Origin: an uncultured Eubacteriales bacterium
Lineage (GTDB): Bacteria > Bacillota > Clostridia > Peptostreptococcales > Anaerovoracaceae
Assembly (NCBI GenBank): GCA_902798745.1
Contig: CADBXM010000007.1
Span: 11,317 to 75,316 of the forward strand
Reading direction: 5' to 3'
Length of the DNA stretch: 64,000 nucleotides
How positions within the stretch are numbered: the stretch's first letter is position 1; each line of letters begins with the position of its first letter. Under the pieces are notes generated by a model. It was not told the DNA's origin. It was given only the letters and a program-made list of their open reading frames with translations, and did no database searches. Shown here piece after piece: positions 1 to 9,347 of the stretch. Position numbers and translations under genes: made by a program.

Positions 1-344
1 TGAGCACGGCAGACATGATGTTTGCTGCTGATCTTCTGGTGACAGATTACTCTTCGGTCATATTTGAATTCGCGCTTCTGGGCAAGCCTATGGTATTCTA
101 TTGTTACGACTATGATACCTATGAAAGGGATTTTTATCTTGATACGGACACAGAACTACCCGGCCCGGTGTTTAAGACGCAGGATGAATTCATCGGATTC
201 CTCGTAGGAGAGCAGGGAAAAAACGGGCATGTTGATAGAAACTCCGATAGTTTCTGCGAAAAGTATCTGGGTGCGTGTGATGGACACAGCAGCGAAAGGA
301 TAGCAGATCTGATAACAGACCTTTATCATGATAAAGAGATTTAG
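1..344 (+). CDS. C-terminal fragment of a CDP-glycerol/ribitol polyol-phosphate transferase (TagF/TarL family); 5' end lies outside the window
   Basis: The reading frame is open to the window edge. ADLLVTDYSSVIFEFALLGKPMVFYCYDYDTYERDFYLD is the conserved C-terminal core of TagF-type transferases. The same D/ITDYSS...KP(V/L)I(F/Y)Y motif recurs in the ORFs at 34596, 35678 and 48985. Confidence 0.7.
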   Translation, partial: STADMMFAADLLVTDYSSVIFEFALLGKPMVFYCYDYDTYERDFYLDTDTELPGPVFKTQDEFIGFLVGEQGKNGHVDRNSDSFCEKYLGACDGHSSERIADLITDLYHDKEI

Positions 345-389
345 CAAGACAGCTCAGCAATTATTGAGCAGATGCGGGAGGTACTATAA

Positions 390-1100
390 ATGATATTTGC
401 AGCGATACTTGCCGGAGGGATCGGAAGCCGCATGGGGAATGTTGATAAACCCAAGCAGTTTCTGTACATCGGAAACAAGCCGATAATTGTGCATACGGCA
501 GAAAAGTTTATCATCAACAGCAGATTCGATGGGGTGATAGTGCTGTGCCCTGCACAGTGGATCAACTACACAAAAGATCTGCTGGATAAATATATCCCCG
601 GCAATGATATCATTTTGATCGAGGGCGGAAGTACACGCAACAATACCATCATGAACGCCATAGACTATATCGAGAACAACTATGGGCTCGATGAAGAAAC
701 TGTACTGGTCACACATGATGCTGTAAGGCCATTTGTCACGCATAGGATCATAGAAGAAAACATCGACCTGGCATCGCGCGGGTTAGCGTGCGACACTGTC
801 ATTCCTGCGACAGATACTATAGTTGAGAGCAATGACGGCAGCTTCATTTCGAATATCCCCGACAGAGCGAAGTGCTATCAGGGCCAAACGCCGCAGAGCT
901 TCAGAGCAAAAAGATTCAAGACCCTTTACGATACATTGTCCGAAGATGAAAAGAGCATACTGACCGATGCTGCAAAAGTGTTCGTAGTTAAGGGTGATCG
1001 TGTTGAGTTGGTCATGGGCGAGACATTTAACATCAAGGTCACTTATCCGTATGACCTGCAGCTTGCAGAAATACTGCTTGAAGGAGAGAAGAAGTGCTGA
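390..1100 (+). CDS. tarI: D-ribitol-5-phosphate cytidylyltransferase (IspD/TarI family)
   Basis: The N-terminal AILAGGIGSRMG...KPKQFL matches the nucleotidyltransferase loop. The protein is 236 aa. A GGGAGG ribosome-binding site lies about 9 nt upstream. The gene overlaps the downstream reductase gene by 7 nt, as in tarIJ pairs. Confidence 0.8.
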   Translation: MIFAAILAGGIGSRMGNVDKPKQFLYIGNKPIIVHTAEKFIINSRFDGVIVLCPAQWINYTKDLLDKYIPGNDIILIEGGSTRNNTIMNAIDYIENNYGLDEETVLVTHDAVRPFVTHRIIEENIDLASRGLACDTVIPATDTIVESNDGSFISNIPDRAKCYQGQTPQSFRAKRFKTLYDTLSEDEKSILTDAAKVFVVKGDRVELVMGETFNIKVTYPYDLQLAEILLEGEKKC

Positions 1101-2119
1101 ACACAGTTTACAGGCTTGTTGAGCCCGGCAGAATCGAAGCAGAATTCTGCGACATCGATATAACGGCAGACGCTGTGCTTGTGCGGCCAACCTATCTGTC
1201 CATATGCAACGCAGACCAGAGATACTTTCAGGGGACGCGGCCGGCTCGCGTATTGCGAAGCAAGCTTCCCATGGCGTTGATACATGAGGGCATCGGGGAA
1301 GTAGTGTTTGACATGAAAGGCGAGTTCCCGGTAGGGAGCAGAGTAGTTATGGTGCCCAATATGCCTTGCGAAGAGGACGTAGCGGCAGCAGAGAATTATC
1401 TTCCGTCGAGCAGATTTGTGTCGAGCGGCTGGGACGGTTTCATGCAGGACATCGTGTCGATCAGAAGGGATCGTGTACTGAGCCTTCCTGAGAGTGTGAA
1501 CGATCAAGTCGCCGCGTTCACGGAGCTGGTTTCGGTAGCATACCATACGATAGACCGTTTTGATTCAAGAGCACATTCCAGGAGAAACGTTATAGGCGTA
1601 TGGGGAGATGGAAATCTGGCATTCATCACAACGCTTCTTCTAAAGAAGCGAATGCCGGAAAGCCGCATTATAGTATTTGGCAAGCACAATCACAAGTTGC
1701 GGGAGTTTGTCTTTGCAGACGAATGCTTCCATATCGATGAACTGCCGGAAGGTATCTATATAGACCATGGATTCGAGTGTGTTGGGGGCATGAATTCGGG
1801 TAGAGCGATCAATCAGATGATCGACATCATCGGCCCTGAAGGATGCATAGCTACGATGGGCGTTTCAGAGGATAATGTACCGATCAATACGAGAATGGTG
1901 CTCGAAAAAGGAATCACTCTTTTCGGAAGCAGCAGGAGCGGTGTTAGGGATTTTAGAAACCTTCTTGCATTCTATGAAGCAAATCCGGATGTTACGGAGT
2001 ATCTTGGTCGCATAGTCGGAAATGTTGTGCATGTGCGCAGTATTAGTGACATGAGTGCAGCCTTTGAAGCGGACATGAAGAAAAAGGGTGGAAAGACCAT
2101 TATGGAGTGGAAGAAGTGA
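1094..2119 (+). CDS. tarJ: Ribulose-5-phosphate reductase-like Zn-dependent medium-chain dehydrogenase
   Basis: A 341-aa MDR/ADH-like protein (…SICNADQRY…, GVWGDGNLAF Rossmann-like stretch). It has a GTG start after AAGGAGA and is translationally coupled to tarI. Confidence 0.7.
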   Translation: MLNTVYRLVEPGRIEAEFCDIDITADAVLVRPTYLSICNADQRYFQGTRPARVLRSKLPMALIHEGIGEVVFDMKGEFPVGSRVVMVPNMPCEEDVAAAENYLPSSRFVSSGWDGFMQDIVSIRRDRVLSLPESVNDQVAAFTELVSVAYHTIDRFDSRAHSRRNVIGVWGDGNLAFITTLLLKKRMPESRIIVFGKHNHKLREFVFADECFHIDELPEGIYIDHGFECVGGMNSGRAINQMIDIIGPEGCIATMGVSEDNVPINTRMVLEKGITLFGSSRSGVRDFRNLLAFYEANPDVTEYLGRIVGNVVHVRSISDMSAAFEADMKKKGGKTIMEWKK

Positions 2120-3449
2120 CTGCTGTCACATTAAACTCCTTTCCATCAGCGACAGCTGTCCATACGATCCCGTCGCGGTTGCTGTAAGTCCTCGAAGGCA
2201 CTCTTACACAGAAGTCATATATACTGTTCATCGACTCGCCCTTGTATGAGAGGTGATTCTTTGCGGGCGCGTATTTGAGTTCGCAATCATAATCTTTGCT
2301 GCCACAAGACAGCTTCAGAGATAATTCCTTTACAAACAGAGGGCACCTTATACTTCCGCTGACAACGGTTTTAAGAAGCGACTTGTTTTCGTTTTCAATA
2401 ACAAGACTATTTTTTCCGAAGACAGCTCCAATACGGAGACCGTTTATATATGCGAAACGCTTCTTGAACGTTATCATTTCCGCAAGCTTTTCCGCGCCGT
2501 ATTTCTGTCCGAGAAAATACAGCTTGGTCTGCATGGATATATTCCTGGCGCTGCATATGACATCATCATCGAAGAGCAATATCAGCTCTGACAGTATATC
2601 AATGTATGGCCCGCTTATTTCAGCCGGAATGCTGTCCGGTATCTCTGCGTTTACCCTGTACTTTATTGCGTTTATCAGGCAGTGTTGTATGAACGGGATC
2701 ACACATCCGTAAAGACTTAGGGAATGATCAGCCAGATATTTGTAATAATAAGAGGCCGTATCAAGATAAGCGGTCTCTTTATTACGCTTGTTCTGTGTGA
2801 GTGACGATTCATCCAAATGCCTGCGAATGTGGTATTCAGCGCTCCTGAGAAGGCCATACTTTTCCTTCTTCAATATAAGAGAAATGATGAATTTCGCGTC
2901 CTCGCCGTAACTGAGACGAGTATCATAAGTGAGATCGCCGATTGCGGAAGTCCGGCAAAAGGCCGAACTTACAGAGTATTGCCCAAATGTAGGATGCTCA
3001 TGTATATCGCATATCATGTCTCCGGCATCAAACTTGTAGTCCAGTTTATGATAACCGGTACGGCCTTCAAAGAAGTCCATTCGGCATGCGACGACATCGA
3101 TCTCTTCATGAGCCTCAAGCATATCCCATGCAGTTTTAAAGGCGTTCGCATCCCATAGGTCGTCGTCGTCCATGAAGTTGACATATTTTCCCTTTACATA
3201 CGGGATGCCTGCATTCCTAGCCGCAGACACACCTGCGTTGGCTTGCTTCACATAAACAATGTTTTCAGGATATTCTTTACAGAAAGAATCGCATATGCTG
3301 CCGGTATTGTCTGTGCTGCCATCGTCAACAAATATGATTTGGATATTATCTGAGAAACCGATGCTTTGTTGCAGTATGCTTTCGACTGTTTCTTCTAGAT
3401 ATGTGGCTGCGTTATACAGAGGCATTACGACTGAAAATTTATAATCCAT
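2100..3449 (-). CDS. Family-2 glycosyltransferase with an extended C-terminal region
   Basis: MDYKFSVVMPLYNAATYLEETVESILQQS...FVDDGSTD...DDDD is a typical GT2 (GT-A) N-terminal domain. I chose the internal ATG at 3449 over the ORF-track start at 3539 because the GT2 fold begins immediately after it. The 3' end overlaps tarJ convergently by about 20 nt. Confidence 0.75.
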   Translation of the reverse strand: MDYKFSVVMPLYNAATYLEETVESILQQSIGFSDNIQIIFVDDGSTDNTGSICDSFCKEYPENIVYVKQANAGVSAARNAGIPYVKGKYVNFMDDDDLWDANAFKTAWDMLEAHEEIDVVACRMDFFEGRTGYHKLDYKFDAGDMICDIHEHPTFGQYSVSSAFCRTSAIGDLTYDTRLSYGEDAKFIISLILKKEKYGLLRSAEYHIRRHLDESSLTQNKRNKETAYLDTASYYYKYLADHSLSLYGCVIPFIQHCLINAIKYRVNAEIPDSIPAEISGPYIDILSELILLFDDDVICSARNISMQTKLYFLGQKYGAEKLAEMITFKKRFAYINGLRIGAVFGKNSLVIENENKSLLKTVVSGSIRCPLFVKELSLKLSCGSKDYDCELKYAPAKNHLSYKGESMNSIYDFCVRVPSRTYSNRDGIVWTAVADGKEFNVTAVTSSTP

Positions 3450-3640
3450 CTGAATACCCTTTCGTCTGTTTATCTCTGTGAAGAGAGATGCTTTTTTATA
3501 GTATAACAAATGACTCGAGCAATTGAAAACAAAAGACAAAGCGCACTTGATGAGAGAATGAGCTGTTTGACTGTAAAAAAAAAAAATAATATATATAATT
3601 AATAGGCATGAATTGCGAAGATAACGTCATTTCTCAGCAA

Positions 3641-3670
3641 TTGACTGTCTCCAAGTATAGAGAATATAAT
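3641..3670 (+). promoter_or_regulatory. Candidate sigma-70 promoter for the 3733 gene
   Basis: TTGACT (3641-3646), an 18-nt spacer, then TATAAT (3665-3670), about 63 nt upstream of the ATG. Confidence 0.35.
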
Positions 3671-3732
3671 TAAGTGTTGTAGCTTAATAGCTTGAAAGCA
3701 GTTTTCTCGATTTCAAATCAGGAGAAAAGGGT

Positions 3733-4680
3733 ATGAAAAAAGCAGCAAAATTTGTCGCGATTGCGTTGGTTATGGCGGTAGTGGTCGTTTTCTCGCCGCT
3801 CGCTTCATTATCAGCTGATGCCGTGACGTTGCCTGGATACAAAGCAGCATCAACTGTTTCTGCTGCGAAAAATTGTACGACCAATTATAAGGACTGTGTA
3901 AAGTTTGTACGTATGTGCGCGCAGAAAGGCGGAGTCCCGGTTCAAAAGGGCAGAAAATATGGGTACTCTACAGAGCAGTATATGAAGTATCTCACGTCAG
4001 AGGGTTTTGCCGTAATTAATCAGTTGACTCTTTGCGGCGATGAGACCGTCTTAGGTTCCGGCAAGTATGGCAACCTATGTGTAGAACAAAACAAAGGCAA
4101 ACTGGCTGCAGGAGACCTTCTGGCATATAAATGCAAAAAGTGCGGCAAGTACTTCCATATGGCAGTAGTAACAGACATTGATCAGGGAGTAGACAGCAAT
4201 CTTCACTATTGGATAGTCTATGCTCAGAGCTCCAAGGGAATGATCAGGAACCAGCCGATGTATCAATTTTCTCATAACGGTCACGGAAGAGGAAATGTGG
4301 CTCTGTATGCACTGCACTTCACATCTTCAGACAACGGATTTACTGCATGCACCAAAACAGTCAAGAAGCTGAAAGCAAAAAAAGTGACCACGAAAAAGGC
4401 TAAGCTGAGCTGGAAAAAGACAAGCGGAGCAGTCGCATATAACATCTATGCTAAGACATACGCGGGCGGCCCTGTTGAATTTGTAAAGCAAGTCAAGGGC
4501 AACAGTGTAAAAGTAGCTATTCCTAAGAACAGCAAGGGAAAAGTCTACAACTATAAAAAAGTACAGTTTGCAGTTGCGCCTGTATTCAAACAGAGCGCTG
4601 CATTCGAAGGAGTCACAAAGACTTACAAGGTCGTAGGCAAAAAGTGCAAGTTGGTCAAAGTCAAAGAGACCACAAAGTAA
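3733..4680 (+). CDS. Secreted protein with a putative amidase (papain-like Cys/His) domain and a basic FN3-like C-terminal domain
   Basis: Signal peptide MKKAAKFVAIALVMAVVVVFSPLASLSADA. CVKFVRMCAQKGG...AAGDLLAYK...YFHMAVVTDID resembles the 'putative amidase domain' pattern (Cys...GD-L...H). The C-terminal KKLKAKKVTTKKAKLSWKKTSGAVAYNIYAK is FN3-like. A GGAGAAAAGGG ribosome-binding site is present. Confidence 0.55.
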   Translation: MKKAAKFVAIALVMAVVVVFSPLASLSADAVTLPGYKAASTVSAAKNCTTNYKDCVKFVRMCAQKGGVPVQKGRKYGYSTEQYMKYLTSEGFAVINQLTLCGDETVLGSGKYGNLCVEQNKGKLAAGDLLAYKCKKCGKYFHMAVVTDIDQGVDSNLHYWIVYAQSSKGMIRNQPMYQFSHNGHGRGNVALYALHFTSSDNGFTACTKTVKKLKAKKVTTKKAKLSWKKTSGAVAYNIYAKTYAGGPVEFVKQVKGNSVKVAIPKNSKGKVYNYKKVQFAVAPVFKQSAAFEGVTKTYKVVGKKCKLVKVKETTK

Positions 4681-4720
4681 AGATAAATCAAGTCAATAAA
4701 AAAACTGGGGTAATTTAAGA

Positions 4721-6706
4721 ATGAGCCTATTCCGGAGAAGGGACAGAGACGAAAAACACAAAGGGGAAAAATCTCCCGGCACAGTAAGCACCGGCAAAGA
4801 AGCGGCTTTTTCGGAAGCATCGGAAAAGTCGGGCAGAACTGAAGCCGATCTGAAGGCAGAAGCGGAAGCGCTTGAAAGAGAATACGGAATCGCAGAGAAG
4901 CAGTATCTTGCAAAAGAGTACTATATGATGCCGAAAGAACGTATGCTCAAAGCCGCTAATAATGCTCGCCTTAGAGATCTTTATGTTCATAAAGTGGCTG
5001 AAGAGAACTCGTGGACAGTCAGCGAGGCGAGATCGGCAATCAAAGCAGCAGCGGAGAAATATGGAATAACGTACTCTGCTTACTACAAGCAAGGCTATTT
5101 CCATTACTACGGAGAAGACCAGGAACGTTTCCATGAGGAACGCATGAAAAAAAAGGAGCAGCAGGCTGAAGAAAAGGTTGACTGGGCAGAGGCATTGGCT
5201 GAAAGGACAGGCGTACCTAAAGAAGAAGCCGCGAGCAGACTCGCTACCGTAAAGGAAGAATACGGTGTGCTGCCGAAATTATATGTAAACAACAAATATT
5301 ATGAGCTCCCGGCGGCGGAAATGCTGGGCAGATATGCCAAGGACAGAAGAAAAGAAGCTGCAAAAGCCGAAATGTATAGGCTTATGGAGGAACTTTCAGG
5401 CAAGGGCATAAAGCAGGTCAGAGAAGAGCTCGCGCAGATCAGAAGTCTGGATCCGGGATTCAGAGTTAGTTTGAAGTGGTATTTCAGAAAAGGCGCTTAC
5501 ATGATCGACCCTGAAAATGACCGGGAAGAGCTGGAAAGACTGTTTGATCTCACACGAAGAGAGGAACAACTCGAGAACAGTCTGGAAGAAAGCTTCAACA
5601 AAATAGACAGCGGAGAGCTTACATACGAAGATATAAGTGGAACGCTTGAAGAATACCGCAAACTGACGGGCGAGACTATGGCAGAGGCTCGCAGGCGTCA
5701 AATCATCTTGAAGACAGGGAACTTTCTGAAGGATGTTGAAGGAGAAGAGCTGGACAAGCTGCTGATAGATATCGAATTCACTAACAGGGTCCTGAAATAT
5801 TTCCCTTCAGAATATGTAGCATTCAGATTCCGTGATAAGAGCATTCCGGAGAGAAGAGAATATGTCTCATCCCAGCTTCGCTGGCAGGTCATCAAGATCC
5901 TTAACAGCACTGAAGGCCTCGAGCTTCTTGACAGCAAGTACGATGCCTATCTCAGGGTTAAGCCTCTTTACAAAAGAGAAATAGTCCTCCTTAAGGCTTC
6001 AGACGGTTACGAGAAATTCCTGGAATACGCGAACACGCATAAGGTATTTGTAAAGAAAAACAACTACGACAGTCTTGGAAGAGGAGTGGAAAAGATCGAT
6101 CTGAACAAAAACGTTCCTCTGAAGACCGTCTACGAAGAGATGACCGCTGACAGCAAGCAGGTGATCCTGGAAGATCTTATTGTTCCGGCAGATGAGATCA
6201 GATCCCTGAATCCAGACTCCGTTAATACCGTAAGAATAATCGTCTTCCACAATGACGATGGGTTCGCTGTACAAGATACCTTCGCAAAGATAGGGCGAAA
6301 GGGATCATTTGTTGACAATGGAGGAGCCGGAGGGATCTTTGTTCATGTCAACAAAGATACGGGAGCCTTTGATTCGGACGGCACCGATGAAGAAGGCAGG
6401 ATCTACGAGGCACATCCAGATCACGGATATATCTTCAAAGAAAAAGCCTTCCCTCAGTGGGAAGATGCTTTAGAGACTGCCATCGCTGCCTCGCGATTGG
6501 TTCCCGAAGCAAATTATATCGGCTGGGACCTCACGTTCACAGAGGACAGAGAGTGGATCATAGTGGAAGGCAACTCAAAGACACAGTTCTTTGCACAGCA
6601 GATGACACTTGGCAGAGGAATAAAGGATGAATTCCTTGCCAAGACCCACTATATGGATCTCGTTTCAGAGACAGAAGAAGACGACGATGACGCAGAAGCA
6701 TATTAA
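4721..6706 (+). CDS. ATP-grasp protein of the 'sugar-transfer-associated' (ATPgrasp_ST-like) amidoligase type, with a long helical N-terminal region
   Basis: The C-terminal half reads LNPDSVNTVRIIVFH...GRKGSFVDNGGAGGIFVHVNKDTGAFDSDGTDEEGRIYEAHPDHG...FPQWEDA...NYIGWDLTFTEDREWIIVEGNSK, which is shared with the three paralogs downstream. There is no signal peptide or transmembrane helix, and the C-terminal tail is acidic. Confidence 0.75.
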   Translation: MSLFRRRDRDEKHKGEKSPGTVSTGKEAAFSEASEKSGRTEADLKAEAEALEREYGIAEKQYLAKEYYMMPKERMLKAANNARLRDLYVHKVAEENSWTVSEARSAIKAAAEKYGITYSAYYKQGYFHYYGEDQERFHEERMKKKEQQAEEKVDWAEALAERTGVPKEEAASRLATVKEEYGVLPKLYVNNKYYELPAAEMLGRYAKDRRKEAAKAEMYRLMEELSGKGIKQVREELAQIRSLDPGFRVSLKWYFRKGAYMIDPENDREELERLFDLTRREEQLENSLEESFNKIDSGELTYEDISGTLEEYRKLTGETMAEARRRQIILKTGNFLKDVEGEELDKLLIDIEFTNRVLKYFPSEYVAFRFRDKSIPERREYVSSQLRWQVIKILNSTEGLELLDSKYDAYLRVKPLYKREIVLLKASDGYEKFLEYANTHKVFVKKNNYDSLGRGVEKIDLNKNVPLKTVYEEMTADSKQVILEDLIVPADEIRSLNPDSVNTVRIIVFHNDDGFAVQDTFAKIGRKGSFVDNGGAGGIFVHVNKDTGAFDSDGTDEEGRIYEAHPDHGYIFKEKAFPQWEDALETAIAASRLVPEANYIGWDLTFTEDREWIIVEGNSKTQFFAQQMTLGRGIKDEFLAKTHYMDLVSETEEDDDDAEAY

Positions 6707-6747
6707 GGGCAGAAACTAGGAACAGAATCTAGAAACAAGGAGAAAGC

Positions 6748-9330
6748 ATGGCAAAAACATCATTTCTATGGAGGGTCGGTAGATCCATTAAGGCGATGAT
6801 AGCCAATGATGAGACGGCTAGCACAGAAAAAAGAATAGAATTCTCGAAGCAGCAGGTTGAGAAGCGAGATCAGAAAAAGAAACAGGGTTTCAAGCAAGCA
6901 GGTTATGAAAAAATGATGCAGGGCGTAGAACTCTCCAAGGACGATCTCAAGGACAAGGCTGATCACTTTAGGGATATGAACGTTGTTGGATTCAGCGTCT
7001 ATCGTTTCAGAGCATCAGGACTTTACAAGATGACTGACGAGGAGGCTTGCAAAAGGCTGAGCTTGATGAAGCAGTCAATACGACTTGACAAGGATCTCAG
7101 ATGGGACTTCAGGCTTCTTGATGAGGGCAAGCTTACATATGACGATGTCATGGAGAAAATCAATGACTTCAAATTGCTTGAGTCAGAGATAATGACCCCT
7201 GAGGCAAAAAGGGATATAGCAAACAAGGCAGGCTATCTTCACCCTGAGAATATGAGCGACGAGCAGATCAGCGATGTTGCGGTAGACATGGAGTTTACAA
7301 GGCGCATCCTCAGATATAGCCATAGCGGCTATGTATCGTTCCGCTTTTATGATAAGACGATCCCTGAAAGAAGAGAGTTCATATCAGGCAAAGAAAGATT
7401 GCTTCTGCTCAATACCATGAACACCGACGAAAGTATCGCGGTGCTTGACGACAAGCTGATGACATACGAGAAGCTGCGTGAGCATTATGGCCGCGACATG
7501 ATCAGTGTAGGGAGCGAGAAGGACTGGTTCAGGTTCAAAGCTTTCTTTGAAAACAACGATACAGGCGTAATAAAACCTCGCTTTGATTCCTTGGGCAAAG
7601 GCATCAAATTGCTGCGTAAATCCGATATGAGCAATATGCGGGAGACCTTCCTGGAGCTGATCGACGAGTACAGGCGATTCCTGATGGAGGGTTATATCAA
7701 CGCGGCTGAAGAGATCAAGGCGCTAAACCCGGATTCCGTAAACACGGTGCGTATAATCGCTTATTTCGATGGAAAAGATACATCGATCCGAAGCGCCTCA
7801 ATGAGGATAGGCAAGGCCGGCTCATTTGTTGACAACGCGGGAGCCGGAGGCATCACCGTTGCGATCGACAGGGAAACCGGAATGATCGACAGTGACGGCT
7901 GCGATGAAAACGGATTCATATACGATAAGCACCCTGATACAGGGATCACCTTCAAGGGTTACCAGCTGCCGGCTTGGGAGAAAGCTCTTGCGGTGGTTTA
8001 TGATGTGTCCGGAAAGATAGAAGGCGCGAAGTATGTAGGCTGGGATCTCGCATGCACTTCCGACCACGAGTGGGTCATTGTCGAGGCCAATGGTAAGACC
8101 GGATTCTTCGGCGCGCAGGCTCCTCATGACAAGGGACGCCGCAAAGAATTCCTCAACACCATAGGAGCTGATCCTAGAGGAGCTATACGTGATGAAGTGG
8201 TATTCAGGACCGCGGCGAGGATCGCGAAGAGATATGAGCTTGACGAAGAGGAGCTTGTGGAAAAGATAAGGCATTTCGAGTCTATGGGGCTTGATGGGCG
8301 CTGGTTTGAGGACAATTGCGCATGGGATCTTACCGATGACGAGATACTCGAGCTGAAAAAGGTCATTGAAGCCGATACAGAGGCCGGAGAAAAACGTGAT
8401 AGCGAAATGTTTGCGTCCATCTGCAGCACATCGGGTCTGGACGAGGATACTGTAAAGCACAAATATCATCTTGCTAAGCTGCATGGTTACGATGTGGATT
8501 GCTTCCTCACGAACGGGATCTATCTGCTGAGTGATGAAGACATCAAATCTCAGGTATTTTTCAACAGGGCAGATGGCATCACAAGATTCCAGCGAAGGCG
8601 CAAGGAAGAGGCTATGAATGCTTTACATTCCATGCTTGGGCTGTCATATGGGCGTTATAGTCTCAATGAAGCAGAAGCAGCTCTTAAATGTGGATGCTCG
8701 CTTGATGAGTACGTGTTATACGGCATTTATGACAAGAACGGGGACGAAGCTGCGGGATTCTGCACCAATGACTTTATGCGCAGGATATGGACAGCGAACG
8801 CAACCGGCTATGAGAGCAGCAGGAAATTGCTTGAGGAAAGGCATTCTGATGCCGGAGCTATGCCGTTCGGAGATCTTACTGATGAACTCGAGAGTATAAA
8901 GCTGAACGACCGGAAGAGACTCCATATCGTCACAGCTACGCAGGGTGGAAATACAGAAGTCGTAATGGCTGCCTTCAGCGAAGGAAGCGATCAGACATGG
9001 ACGGGAAAAGGATTCTCTGCGGGAGTAGATGTTGAGACCGGAAAGATCGAGACCGAAAGAGTCAATGGTTACGGAGAAAGATTTGAAGAACGCAGAAGTA
9101 AGGACGCATCCAAGGGGGATGATGTACCTCTCTGGAAAGAAGCTGCTTCTAAATGCACTTCAGAGGCGCAGAAATATCCGGAACTGACATTCATGAAATG
9201 GGAAGTGGATGTTACAGGAGATACTGCGGATCTGAAAGCGGCCGGTCCGGTGTTTGATGTACATGTCATACAGATGCCATATGCCTTTGAAGGCATTGGA
9301 TTAAGGAACAGATTCGAGAAATACCTTTAG
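6748..9330 (+). CDS. ATPgrasp_ST-like protein (long form: one intact ATP-grasp core plus a degenerate C-terminal second copy)
   Basis: AAGGAGA ribosome-binding site. Core: LNPDSVNTVRIIAYFDG...GSFVDNAGAGGITVAIDRETGMIDSDGCDE...KYVGWDLACTSDHEWVIVEANGKTGFFGAQ. The C-terminal stretch GFSAGVDVETGKIETERVNGYGERF... looks like a partial second core. Confidence 0.75.
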   Translation: MAKTSFLWRVGRSIKAMIANDETASTEKRIEFSKQQVEKRDQKKKQGFKQAGYEKMMQGVELSKDDLKDKADHFRDMNVVGFSVYRFRASGLYKMTDEEACKRLSLMKQSIRLDKDLRWDFRLLDEGKLTYDDVMEKINDFKLLESEIMTPEAKRDIANKAGYLHPENMSDEQISDVAVDMEFTRRILRYSHSGYVSFRFYDKTIPERREFISGKERLLLLNTMNTDESIAVLDDKLMTYEKLREHYGRDMISVGSEKDWFRFKAFFENNDTGVIKPRFDSLGKGIKLLRKSDMSNMRETFLELIDEYRRFLMEGYINAAEEIKALNPDSVNTVRIIAYFDGKDTSIRSASMRIGKAGSFVDNAGAGGITVAIDRETGMIDSDGCDENGFIYDKHPDTGITFKGYQLPAWEKALAVVYDVSGKIEGAKYVGWDLACTSDHEWVIVEANGKTGFFGAQAPHDKGRRKEFLNTIGADPRGAIRDEVVFRTAARIAKRYELDEEELVEKIRHFESMGLDGRWFEDNCAWDLTDDEILELKKVIEADTEAGEKRDSEMFASICSTSGLDEDTVKHKYHLAKLHGYDVDCFLTNGIYLLSDEDIKSQVFFNRADGITRFQRRRKEEAMNALHSMLGLSYGRYSLNEAEAALKCGCSLDEYVLYGIYDKNGDEAAGFCTNDFMRRIWTANATGYESSRKLLEERHSDAGAMPFGDLTDELESIKLNDRKRLHIVTATQGGNTEVVMAAFSEGSDQTWTGKGFSAGVDVETGKIETERVNGYGERFEERRSKDASKGDDVPLWKEAASKCTSEAQKYPELTFMKWEVDVTGDTADLKAAGPVFDVHVIQMPYAFEGIGLRNRFEKYL

Positions 9331-9347
9331 CCGCAGCCATCGCGGGG

